DNA of 46,668 nucleotides from an uncultured Candidatus Bathyarchaeia archaeon. GTDB lineage: Archaea > Thermoproteota > Bathyarchaeia > Bathyarchaeales > Bathycorpusculaceae. The notes under the pieces are model-generated. The model was not told where the DNA came from, ran no database searches, and was given only the letters and a program-made list of their open reading frames with translations. The position numbers and the translations under genes are program-made. The stretch covers positions 1,887-48,554 of the forward strand of contig CAZNJT010000001.1 in the NCBI GenBank assembly GCA_964573475.1, in the 5' to 3' direction. This document shows, one piece after another, positions 34,621 through 43,454 of the stretch. Within the stretch, counting starts at the first letter, position 1, and every line of letters begins with the position of its first letter.

Positions 34621-35634
34621 CTAGAAACCTGCCTGTTCCCCTATAAGCTCTATTAGTTCAACCATCCGGCAGGAGAAGCCCCACTCGTTGTCGTACCAAG
34701 CGAGGACCTTGACGAAGTTGCCTCCTAGAACCATCGTTGATTGGGCATCAAAGACGGCTGAGTAAGTGCTGTGGTTGAAGTCTGACGAAACAACAGGATC
34801 CTCAGTGTATTCCAAGATACCTTTAAGTGGTCCCTCTGCAGTTTTCTTGAAAGCCGCGTTTATCTCTTCTTTGGTTGTGTTTTTCTCTAGCAGACACGTC
34901 AAGTCGACTATGGAAACGTTTGGAACAGGAACACGCAATGCGATTCCATTCATTCTTCCTGCAAGTTCCGGGAGAACGAGGGTTGCGGCTACAGCTGCAC
35001 CCGTGGTTGTAGGTATAATGTTGATTGCTGCAGCTCGTGCGCGGCGCAAGTCAGCATGAACCGAGTCTTGAATTCTCTGGTCCATGGTGTAAGCGTGAGC
35101 TGTCATCATTAATCCAGTTTTTAATCCGAAATTCTCGTGTAACACCTTTGCCACTGGCGCGACGCAATTTGTTGTACAAGAAGCGTTTGAGAGTATATTG
35201 TGTTTTTCATGGTCGTACTTGTCGTCGTTTACGCCCATCACTATGGTTATGTCTGGATTTTTTGCTGGCGCTGAAATCAAAACTTTTTTTGCTCCTGCTT
35301 GGAGGTGCATCGCTGCTTTTTCTCTATCTGTGAACAATCCTGTGGATTCTACAGCTAAGTATACGTCTAGGTCTTTCCATGGCAGTTGAGAAGGGTCGCG
35401 TTGGACAAGAGCGCGAACTCTTTTTCCTTTGACAACTATGGCGTCCTTTTCAGTTTCAACGGGGAAAGGTGCTCGACCATGAACTGAATCATATTTAAGC
35501 AGATGCGCCAGAGTTTTAGCGTCAGTTATGTCGTTTACAGCTACAAAGTCTATGTTAGCGTTTCTTTCTATGCCAGCCCTAAATAGAAGTCTTCCAATTC
35601 TTCCAAAACCGTTGATTGCTACCTTTATCGCCAT
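34621..35634 (-). CDS. gap: Glyceraldehyde-3-phosphate dehydrogenase, class I (bacterial/eukaryotic type)
   Basis: INGFGRIGR, active site SNASCTTNC, WYDNEWGF. Confidence 0.95.
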   Translation of the reverse strand: MAIKVAINGFGRIGRLLFRAGIERNANIDFVAVNDITDAKTLAHLLKYDSVHGRAPFPVETEKDAIVVKGKRVRALVQRDPSQLPWKDLDVYLAVESTGLFTDREKAAMHLQAGAKKVLISAPAKNPDITIVMGVNDDKYDHEKHNILSNASCTTNCVAPVAKVLHENFGLKTGLMMTAHAYTMDQRIQDSVHADLRRARAAAINIIPTTTGAAVAATLVLPELAGRMNGIALRVPVPNVSIVDLTCLLEKNTTKEEINAAFKKTAEGPLKGILEYTEDPVVSSDFNHSTYSAVFDAQSTMVLGGNFVKVLAWYDNEWGFSCRMVELIELIGEQAGF

Positions 35635-35695
35635 TCAAATCACCTTACTTATGTTATGAGTGTTTTAACTATCATTTAACTAATTAATTTTTTAG

Positions 35696-37042
35696 TCATC
35701 TCAGCTTCAGTAGCACCATTTCTGCAGCCAAAACCAATGGTTCCCAGGTTTCGCATAAGGGCGGTGCATAGGCAGTGTCTGCCTTGGCCAATTCTCGCAC
35801 TGTCATTTGCTTTTGTATGGCGAAGGATATGGCGTTTATGCGTTGGGTCACTTCTTCTCCGCCGATGATTTGAGCACCGATTATTCGCTGCGATTCTTTT
35901 TCAACGACCAGTTTCACTTTTATAGGCAAAGCGCCTGGATAATAGTCAGCCTTTGTCTTTGAAGCAATCGTTCCCGTTACAGTTTCAATTCCGGCTTTTT
36001 GGGCAAAGAATTCAGTTAAGCCTGTCACACCCACATCAGTATCAAACAGTCTTGAAACAGCTGATCCTAAGACGCCTGTAAAAAGCGCGTAGCCACCAGC
36101 CGCGTTGATTCCAGCTACTTTTCCTTGTCTCACAGCCACTGTGCCGAATTGTGCCACAGTCGGTTTCTGGGTGACTATATGGATTGATTCTGTGCAGTCG
36201 CCTACGGCGTAAACATCTTTGACGTTGGTCTCCATTTTGGCGCTTGTTTTTATACATTTTGTTTCTCCTAAAGTTATACCAGCATTGACAGCGAGCTGAG
36301 TGTTGGCTTTCACGCCGAATGCGCTGATAAATAAGTCTGCGTTAAAGTGTTCCCCTCCCGCAACTATTCCTATCACTTTTTCGGCTCCGAGAAACTCTTC
36401 AACTCCCTTTCCTGTCAAGATGCCAATTCCCTTCTGTTGAAGCATTTCTTGAACCATTTTTGCCATATCAGCGTCAAGCATTGCAGGCAAGATTTGAAGC
36501 AACAATTCGACAACTGTGACTTTTAAGCCCCTTTCATGGAGAGCTATGGCTGTTTCAAGACCAATTAGGCCAGCTCCCATGACAACTGCTGTTTTTGCTC
36601 CTTTTTTGATAGCTTTATCGATTTTTTCGCCGTCTTCTAGTGTTCGGAGTGAATGTATGCCTTGTTTTTCCTTGCCTTTTATTGGCGGGGTAAAAGGACT
36701 GGCTCCTGTGGCTATGATTAGGCTGTCGTAAGGAATGTTTTCAGTTTTGCCAGCCTTGTCTGTGGTTTCAACTGTTTTGTTTGCGGTGTTTATGCTTGTA
36801 ACTTTGGTTTCGGTTTTGAGGTTGAGTTTCATCATTTGAAAGAAGGCTGGTGGAAAAACAATTAGACTTTGGAAGCTTGGTATTTGGCCGCCTAATACGA
36901 AGGGCAATCCACAGCGAGAATAACCCACGTACTTTTCGTCAGCTATCAACGTGATCTCAGCTGTGCGGTCTGTTTTCCTTGCGGCTGAGGCTGTGTCCAT
37001 ACCTGCGGCGTGTGCGCCTATAATTAATATTCGTCTAGGCAT
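35696..37042 (-). CDS. Single-cysteine pyridine-nucleotide-disulfide oxidoreductase (NADH oxidase / CoA-disulfide reductase family)
   Basis: ILIIGAHAAGMDTA, redox Cys in YSRCGLPF, second Rossmann VVMGAGLIGLE, YAVGDC. ATG 37042 follows GAAGGCGGA. The track ORF extends to 37093 and would overlap gcvH. Confidence 0.85.
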   Translation of the reverse strand: MPRRILIIGAHAAGMDTASAARKTDRTAEITLIADEKYVGYSRCGLPFVLGGQIPSFQSLIVFPPAFFQMMKLNLKTETKVTSINTANKTVETTDKAGKTENIPYDSLIIATGASPFTPPIKGKEKQGIHSLRTLEDGEKIDKAIKKGAKTAVVMGAGLIGLETAIALHERGLKVTVVELLLQILPAMLDADMAKMVQEMLQQKGIGILTGKGVEEFLGAEKVIGIVAGGEHFNADLFISAFGVKANTQLAVNAGITLGETKCIKTSAKMETNVKDVYAVGDCTESIHIVTQKPTVAQFGTVAVRQGKVAGINAAGGYALFTGVLGSAVSRLFDTDVGVTGLTEFFAQKAGIETVTGTIASKTKADYYPGALPIKVKLVVEKESQRIIGAQIIGGEEVTQRINAISFAIQKQMTVRELAKADTAYAPPLCETWEPLVLAAEMVLLKLR

Positions 37043-37052
37043 TTGTCCGCCT

Positions 37053-37463
37053 TCACTTTGCCAGGGTTTTATGCCAATCAACTGCTTGGTCAAAGTTCAT
37101 CAAATTGGCCAATTCTGCTTGCAGGTTTGATGGTTTTATTACTAGCAGCCAGCCTTTTCCATAAGGGTCTTCGTTCAAAAGTTCGGGTTTTGACTGAACC
37201 TCCGCATTTACTTCTTCTATTGTTCCGCTTATTGGTGCGACTAGGTCTGAAACGGCTTTTACAGATTCAACCGTGCCATAAGGTTCGTTCTGTTTCGTTG
37301 TTGTTCCGGAGCTTGGCAATTCAGCGTAGACGATTTCTCGGAGTTGTTTTTGAGCGTAGTCTGTTATGCCTACGCGAACCTTGTCACCTTCAATTTTTAA
37401 CCATTCAAAATCTTTTGTGTAGTATAGTCCTTCGGGCACTTCGTGTCCGTCTGTTTTTACCAT
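37053..37463 (-). CDS. gcvH: Glycine cleavage system H protein (lipoyl carrier)
   Basis: YTKDFEWLKIEGDKVRVGITDYAQ, with the lipoyl-lysine in VESVKAVSDL. Confidence 0.93.
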   Translation of the reverse strand: MVKTDGHEVPEGLYYTKDFEWLKIEGDKVRVGITDYAQKQLREIVYAELPSSGTTTKQNEPYGTVESVKAVSDLVAPISGTIEEVNAEVQSKPELLNEDPYGKGWLLVIKPSNLQAELANLMNFDQAVDWHKTLAK

Positions 37464-37592
37464 GTTTGTTCACCTCTTAAGTAGTTGTTATTCTTTCATG
37501 TTTTAGCCTTTAAAAATTAACTGTTCACAAAAGCTCAATCACAAGGAAGAAAATTTACAATAAATATAAAGCTGGGTCTGAATTAAAGCTCA

Positions 37593-38261
37593 ATGAGGAA
37601 AAAAGACATGAGGCTTGACCAATATCTTTCAAAATATGCTGAGTTAAAAGCTTTGTATGAGCTTGTTAAGCACGATTTCTTCGCTAAAGGACTTGTGCAT
37701 CATAACTGGAATCATGTGCTCCGCGACCTCGCTCGGGGCATTATGATTGGCGAAGCAGAAGGTGCCAACATGAAGATTGTTTTGGCGGGTGTGCTGCTTC
37801 ACGACATTGGCAGGCTTTATTCAGAAGAGGGGGAAGATCACTATAGTTTAGGTGCGAAAGTAGCCCCTAACTACCTCATGAAAGCTGGTTTTACAGAAAT
37901 CGAGATTAAAGAAATAATCCATTGTATACTCTCTCACGGTCCAAGAGGATTAGAAGAGCCCAAAACTCTTGAAGCGAAAGTATGCTACGACGTGGATGTG
38001 CTTTCTTGTTCATGTGGAAACGTTGGAGTTGCCCGAGTTTTTCACTACTTTATAGCAGAAGAGAACTTTACGATTAAACAGATGATGGAAATAGGCAGTG
38101 GCAGAAAAGGTCCGCGAAAAGATTTTTACACTGAAACGGGACTGAAACTTGGTCAAAAAGGCTATTTGAAAGCCGTCAGATTCTGGAGAGAACTAGATAA
38201 GGAATTGAAAGAAGAGGAACAAAGCATTAAGAAAATTATCCTTCAATACGAGGGAGAGTAA
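37593..38261 (+). CDS. HD-domain metal-dependent phosphohydrolase
   Basis: HNWNHV...LLHDIGR (H...HD) and a later HCILSHG. Confidence 0.75.
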   Translation: MRKKDMRLDQYLSKYAELKALYELVKHDFFAKGLVHHNWNHVLRDLARGIMIGEAEGANMKIVLAGVLLHDIGRLYSEEGEDHYSLGAKVAPNYLMKAGFTEIEIKEIIHCILSHGPRGLEEPKTLEAKVCYDVDVLSCSCGNVGVARVFHYFIAEENFTIKQMMEIGSGRKGPRKDFYTETGLKLGQKGYLKAVRFWRELDKELKEEEQSIKKIILQYEGE

Positions 38262-38275
38262 TAAGAAAGGTGTCA

Positions 38276-39355
38276 TCAGCGTTCACGTTTTCCTTTTATG
38301 TATTCTTCTACCCACTCTTTAGCCACGGAGTCTGGCACTTGAATTGGCGGATGTTTAAACGCGTACGCTGACATGCTTAACAGTTGACCAGCTATCTTCC
38401 GATCTAACGCAAGCTTGACCGCCCTTATAACATCAATTACTACGCCTGCGCTGTTCGGTGAATCCTCAACTTCAAGTTTAACAGTTATTGTTAAGGGTCT
38501 GTCACCAAATTTTCTGCCTTTAAGCCACAAATAACAAATCTTCTTATTCCCCAAAAACGGCACATAATCCGAAGGACCAATCCGAGTAGGCAAATCATAC
38601 GGAACCAAACTCGTAACCGCCTCCGTCTTACTAATCCGCTTAGTCTTCAACCGCTCCTCAACCGTCATGTTCTGAAAATCCGTATCCCCACCAAGATTGA
38701 GTTGATAGGTCTCATCAATGATTACTCCCCTGTCCACACAGAGCCTAGCCAAGTTCCGATGCAAAATGGTCGCGCCAACCTGACTTTTGACGTCATCACC
38801 AGCAACAGGCAGTCTCTTCTCCTCAAACTTCTTAGCCCACGCAGAATCCGAAGCAATGAACTCGGGCATACAATTAATGAAAGCGCAACCAGCATCCAAA
38901 GAAGCTTGAGCATAAAACCGAGTGGCATCCCTACTGCCAACAGGCAAATAGTTAACAAGAATCTCTGCCCTAGACTCCTTCAGAATCTCGACAACATTCA
39001 CTGGCTTAATCTCACCATCCCCGTAGACGTTAAAAGTTTCTTTCATGTGTTCTGCCACACCGTCAAGGATCGGAGCAGGCGAAACCTTAACGCCCAAACG
39101 TGGCACCTCTGCAAACTTGGCACAGCAATTTGGCTCAGTAAAAATGGCTTCAGCCAAATCTTTTCCAATTTTCTTCTTATTAACTTCAAAAGCAGCCACA
39201 AATTTTACGTCCTTTATATGATATCCGCCAAAATTAACATGCATGAGTCCGGGCACCCTCGCATTTTCTCTGGCATCTTTATAGTATTCAACTCCTTGAA
39301 TGAGAGCAGATGCGCTATTGCCTACGCCTATTATTGCGACACGAATTTCTTGCAA
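38276..39355 (-). CDS. ino1: myo-Inositol-1-phosphate synthase (short archaeal/bacterial type)
   Basis: IRVAIIGVGNSASALIQG, NCMPEFIASD, GDDVKSQVGATI. TTG start after AGAGGGA. Confidence 0.9.
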   Translation of the reverse strand: MQEIRVAIIGVGNSASALIQGVEYYKDARENARVPGLMHVNFGGYHIKDVKFVAAFEVNKKKIGKDLAEAIFTEPNCCAKFAEVPRLGVKVSPAPILDGVAEHMKETFNVYGDGEIKPVNVVEILKESRAEILVNYLPVGSRDATRFYAQASLDAGCAFINCMPEFIASDSAWAKKFEEKRLPVAGDDVKSQVGATILHRNLARLCVDRGVIIDETYQLNLGGDTDFQNMTVEERLKTKRISKTEAVTSLVPYDLPTRIGPSDYVPFLGNKKICYLWLKGRKFGDRPLTITVKLEVEDSPNSAGVVIDVIRAVKLALDRKIAGQLLSMSAYAFKHPPIQVPDSVAKEWVEEYIKGKRER

Positions 39356-39484
39356 GCTAATAGTCCCTCTTTATATTGTTGTCAAAGCTTTAGATGTCGT
39401 CTGCTCTATAACTTTTTCTAGAAACATGATAAAGCTAAAAGGGAACTTCGACAGAGAGAAAAGCAAAGAACTGGGTGAACATTC

Positions 39485-39853
39485 ATGCATGAAGGCGAAG
39501 TAGACGTAAAATATGAACCCTTTAAAGAAATCGTGGTAATGGAGCGCAATCTCTTTTCAACCCCTGATGACATAGCAAGGTTTACATCAGTCATTGCCGG
39601 AGGCAAACTTACATGGCTATATTGGGCTGAAGGCATAGTGTTTCTTTATTTCCCACTTCCAGCTTCAACAGAAACCGCTGCGAAAGCATTAATTGAAGAC
39701 AAGCGGGTTTACTGGACCTTTGTTGGTTATTCGCTTATGCCAAAATATCAACCAACAATTGAAACTAAAGAGAAAATGATTGTTCCGGTCATTGACATGT
39801 CTTCTAATCCAATGTTTAGAAAAGTTGCAAGTTGGCTGAAAGAATCAAAATAG
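39485..39853 (+). CDS. Hypothetical protein
   Basis: 122-aa ORF with no recognisable motif. The only sizeable ORF in this gap. Confidence 0.4.
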   Translation: MHEGEVDVKYEPFKEIVVMERNLFSTPDDIARFTSVIAGGKLTWLYWAEGIVFLYFPLPASTETAAKALIEDKRVYWTFVGYSLMPKYQPTIETKEKMIVPVIDMSSNPMFRKVASWLKESK

Positions 39854-39924
39854 ATTAGTGCACGGAGTGATCGGCATCTTTAATCGGACGTATTTGAGGA
39901 GTTTAGCTAGGAGTTTTAAACTAT

Positions 39925-40314
39925 TTGAAAACGTTGCAAGTCAAAGGAAAAGTTTTCTCCGGAAGTGGGGAAGGAGCAAAGTTTATCCAACTTCCGTGGG
40001 TAAGAACGCAGATAGCTGAAAAACTAGGTTTCATTCCATATTCCGGGACATTAAACATAAAAACGACTGAAGGTAGCCGTGAACTTAAAAAATTGTTAAA
40101 GAAGGAAAAAACGATAGAAATTTCGCCAATTGAGGGTTTTTGTCGTGGAAGATGCTTCAAGGCCATTCTAATGAACAATCTGAAATGCGCAATCATCGTC
40201 CCGGAAATTCCAAACTACACAGAAAATACAATAGAGGTTATAGCACGAGTAAATTTGAGAGAAAAATTTAAACTCAAAGATGGCGACGCGATTGAAGTCA
40301 AAATAGTAATTTGA
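39925..40314 (+). CDS. ribK: CTP-dependent riboflavin kinase (archaeal RibK, MJ0056 family)
   Basis: GKVFSGSGEGAKFIQLPWV...GFIPYSGTLN signature. TTG start. Confidence 0.85.
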   Translation: MKTLQVKGKVFSGSGEGAKFIQLPWVRTQIAEKLGFIPYSGTLNIKTTEGSRELKKLLKKEKTIEISPIEGFCRGRCFKAILMNNLKCAIIVPEIPNYTENTIEVIARVNLREKFKLKDGDAIEVKIVI

Positions 40315-40323
40315 GGAATTTTA

Positions 40324-41817
40324 CTATTTTTGTTGAGTTTTTGCAAACTTTTGCACACGATCTTTCAAGCATCTGTTTTTCTTCAAGTATAAACCGTATC
40401 TCACAAGGGCGTTCATAGCTCTTGCAGCGTCTTCCGGTGAAGAATATGCTGGAATGCCAAGCTTGTCAAATGTGAGACGTGTGCGCAAGGCCATTTCTGT
40501 TTCTCCAATATCGCATGCCACAATTGGTTTGTCATATTTGCTGGCAACCTTTGCCACTTTGTTGATGTAATCTTCTTGCAAGGCAGGAACATGATGTAAA
40601 CCAAGCAGTACTATGCCACAAATTTCAGGATCTTGAAAAACTATTTCCGTTGCGAGTTCGAACATTTCAGACGTCCCTGAACCAGTTATGTCCACAGGGT
40701 TCAGATTTGTTGCAAACTTCGGCAGTCTCCCTTCGGCTTTCAACTTCTCAAATCTTTGTACAGTTTTCTCAGAGAAACGATTAACAGCCAATCCCTTCAG
40801 TTCACATTCATCAACAGCCATAATGCCCGGACCACCAGCATCAGTAATTATTCCTATGTTTTCTCCGGCGGCTGGCGGCTGCATCGCTAACGCCTTGCCA
40901 GCATGAAAGAACTCATCCATGTCCGTTGCTCTGAAAATTCCAGTTTGCGCGAAAACAGCGTCATAAATTTTGTCTGAACCAGCTATGGCACCTGTATGTG
41001 AAGCTGCAGCCCTTGCTCCAGCCTCTCTTTTTCCTGTTTTAAGAGCAACAACGGGTTTTATCTTTGTAACTTCCTTGGCTACTTCTAAAAAATCTCTTCC
41101 GGATTTTATGTCTTCAACATACAGTAATATTGCCTCGGTTTCCTCGTCATACAAGAGATAATGTAGCATTTCCGCCTCATTCACATCGCATTTATTACCA
41201 AAACTTACGAATTTACTGACTCCAGTTTGTAGCCCAGCCAAATAGTCGAGAGCCGCAACCCCAAATGCTCCACTCTGAGTGACTATTGCTATGTTTCCCG
41301 GCATCGGCCGCGGGGTTGCAATAACCTCGTCTCCGGTCGTCAAAATTTTTGTCTCTGGCAGAAACAGCATGTCTACGCCTGTTTTTGAATCATAAACTCC
41401 TAGGCAATTGGGCCCCAAAACACGTATTCCCGCTTTTTTTGCTGTGGCTACGACTTGATTTTCGAGTTCGTGGTTTCCAATTTCACCGAAACCTGAGCTG
41501 ATTATGGCAACGGCCTTTACTTTTTTAGATGCTGCATCTTCCATTATTTTTGGTACAATATTTGCGGGAACAACGATAACAACTAAGTCTAATTCTCCGG
41601 GAATTTTGGTAACGGAAGGGTAAGAGTGAAGTTCTAAAATTGAGTCTTCATTTGGGTTGACTGGGAAAATTTCTCCTTTAAAAACTCCTCTCCTCTTGTT
41701 TTCGACAAAATTTTTGAAAATCACGTGCCCCGCTTTGTTTATCTTTTTTGTTGCTCCGACAACGGCAACTGAACGAGGGTTGAAAAAGGCGTCTAGTTGC
41801 TTGAGGGAGGATTCCAT
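40324..41817 (-). CDS. acdA: ADP-forming acyl-CoA synthetase alpha subunit (CoA-binding + succinyl-CoA-ligase-like domains)
   Basis: FFNPRSVAVVGA, VLGPNCLG, phospho-His loop AASHTGAIAGS. ATG 41817 lies 7 nt after AAGGTGA. The track ORF starts at 41844. Confidence 0.85.
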   Translation of the reverse strand: MESSLKQLDAFFNPRSVAVVGATKKINKAGHVIFKNFVENKRRGVFKGEIFPVNPNEDSILELHSYPSVTKIPGELDLVVIVVPANIVPKIMEDAASKKVKAVAIISSGFGEIGNHELENQVVATAKKAGIRVLGPNCLGVYDSKTGVDMLFLPETKILTTGDEVIATPRPMPGNIAIVTQSGAFGVAALDYLAGLQTGVSKFVSFGNKCDVNEAEMLHYLLYDEETEAILLYVEDIKSGRDFLEVAKEVTKIKPVVALKTGKREAGARAAASHTGAIAGSDKIYDAVFAQTGIFRATDMDEFFHAGKALAMQPPAAGENIGIITDAGGPGIMAVDECELKGLAVNRFSEKTVQRFEKLKAEGRLPKFATNLNPVDITGSGTSEMFELATEIVFQDPEICGIVLLGLHHVPALQEDYINKVAKVASKYDKPIVACDIGETEMALRTRLTFDKLGIPAYSSPEDAARAMNALVRYGLYLKKNRCLKDRVQKFAKTQQK

Positions 41818-41824
41818 GCGTTTT

Positions 41825-42667
41825 TCACCTTTTGCTTCTAACAATTACTATGGGTTTATGTTTTACTGTCTCAAGCATTTCCCAACTCACTTCAGTTAAC
41901 TCCACTTTGAACTTCTCAGCCATATCCCATACGGTCCTTCCGGCACCAAAACCTCTTGCACGGTTTGCGACCTCAGCGATTTCTAAGGCTTTTTCAGCTG
42001 ATATTTGGCATCCCGTCACGGCTATTGGCGTCGCCCGCCTTTTAAGCCTAAGCATTCGCCCAATAACATAAGAAATAAACCCGCCAAGAGAATGAATGCC
42101 CTTAATTGGTTTTGGACGTGGGGTGAAATGGAAATTTCTAAAGGAATAGGTTTTATCAGTGTCTGCAATTATTACAAAAACTTTCTTTCGCAATCTTGAC
42201 CATACTTGTTTACGGATTTTTATGGCTATTTCCTCTGCATTTTTCAAGGATAAACTTACATAAGAATATGCCAAATTACTTCCATCAATGCCTCCTTCAG
42301 AGCCAAACATTAAAGCCTGCAAAAGGCCAGCATGTTGTAAGGCAACTTGTTTATGGCGGCTACCCATCTCAAGGGGATATTCACGAAGGTGTTGGAGCAA
42401 TCTTTTCTGGAAATGGCACAGTGGTCCCAGAAAATAGCCCCAGACTATTCGCATCCAATACTTGGCAATTAGCTTTGCACTTAAACTAGGCTTAACATGG
42501 CTTTCGTCAACAATGTTGTTTAAGGCTGTTGAAACTGCTTTTTCTGAAATAACCACGAAATCTCCGTCAGCTATTTTTCCATCAATCTCCTTGATGATTT
42601 CTTCTAAGTAGTTTTCTCCCGGCTTCCAATATTTCGTGATAATAGCTAAAGCTCTGCATTTATTCAT
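41825..42667 (-). CDS. F420-0:gamma-glutamyl ligase (CofE)-family protein
   Basis: FVVISEKAVS and SEGGIDGSN resemble the CofE core. Its TGA stop lies inside the acdA Shine-Dalgarno. Confidence 0.65.
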   Translation of the reverse strand: MNKCRALAIITKYWKPGENYLEEIIKEIDGKIADGDFVVISEKAVSTALNNIVDESHVKPSLSAKLIAKYWMRIVWGYFLGPLCHFQKRLLQHLREYPLEMGSRHKQVALQHAGLLQALMFGSEGGIDGSNLAYSYVSLSLKNAEEIAIKIRKQVWSRLRKKVFVIIADTDKTYSFRNFHFTPRPKPIKGIHSLGGFISYVIGRMLRLKRRATPIAVTGCQISAEKALEIAEVANRARGFGAGRTVWDMAEKFKVELTEVSWEMLETVKHKPIVIVRSKR

Positions 42668-42692
42668 TTTCTCATGCTGATGTAGGATGTAA

Positions 42693-43391
42693 TCACAATT
42701 CTTTAAAGTGTTTTTTTATTTCTTCAACATTGCATTCGGGCGGCTTCATTTTTCCTTCAAGGCAATAGCCTAACTCGACACATGATGGTCCGGCGTTTTC
42801 GAAAAGTGCAGGCGCAGTTTTTCTGGCTTGTTTTAGCATTTCAGTTGCGATTTCTCTTATTTCCCATTGTGCGCGTGCACAGCATCGCAGATTGAAAAAG
42901 TGGCGTAGTTCACGAGCGTTCATAGTCACGATTATGTTTGTTTTGGCAGCGTTTGACAGAATAAACCTTGCATCCTCTTTTGGGATTCCCAGATTCAGAA
43001 GTTTCTGGTAGGTTTCAGAAATTTTCTCTAATGTTTCGTCAAAAACTTCTTTTGCTTTGGCATTTTCTGTTATGCTTTTCGGGGTCACATATTTTTCCAG
43101 CGTATCGTAGGTGACATAGCGTTGGCTCTGCTGTGTGAAAGATGCGATGCGGTGTCTGACAAGTTGATGTGTCATGGCTCTGGAAACGCCTTCGATGCTG
43201 AAGGTGAAGGATGCATGTTCAATCACTGAAACATGTCCGTAACCGGCGACGCGTTTGATTATTCGCTTAGCTGTTTCTTTGTCCATCTTCTCAAAAATTT
43301 CTGAGGGGCTTCCACTCTTTGTTGACGTTAAAGCAGCAGCTCCGCATAAAAGCTCCGCATCTGCCGTGTAACGAAGGAGCTTAACTTTCAA
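42693..43391 (-). CDS. thyX: FAD-dependent thymidylate synthase
   Basis: ThyX motif RHRIASFTQQSQRY, and HASFTF earlier. Confidence 0.95.
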   Translation of the reverse strand: MKVKLLRYTADAELLCGAAALTSTKSGSPSEIFEKMDKETAKRIIKRVAGYGHVSVIEHASFTFSIEGVSRAMTHQLVRHRIASFTQQSQRYVTYDTLEKYVTPKSITENAKAKEVFDETLEKISETYQKLLNLGIPKEDARFILSNAAKTNIIVTMNARELRHFFNLRCCARAQWEIREIATEMLKQARKTAPALFENAGPSCVELGYCLEGKMKPPECNVEEIKKHFKEL

Positions 43392-43454
43392 CTTTAAACC
43401 TCTTTCTTCACTTTAGAATGAAAGTAATAAATTTACTTTGTGTCTTTTTTAATG

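Noticed and set aside
28615-35700. Search for TrmB/Tgr-type TATCAC-N5-GTGATA boxes in the glucan, pgk and gap promoter regions
   Set aside because: Only isolated half-sites were seen by eye (for example TATCAC inside the GT4 gene near 29543, and outside this range GTGATA near 27470). No paired motif lies in a promoter position.
33893-37480. Plus-strand ORFs opposite pgk, gap, nox and gcvH (33893-34363, 34766-35389, 36516-36731, 37043-37480)
   Set aside because: All are antisense to strongly supported metabolic genes and have no independent support.
38702-39421. 239-aa plus-strand ORF opposite ino1
   Set aside because: The opposite strand encodes an unmistakable myo-inositol-1-phosphate synthase. 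The antisense product has no motif and a biased composition.
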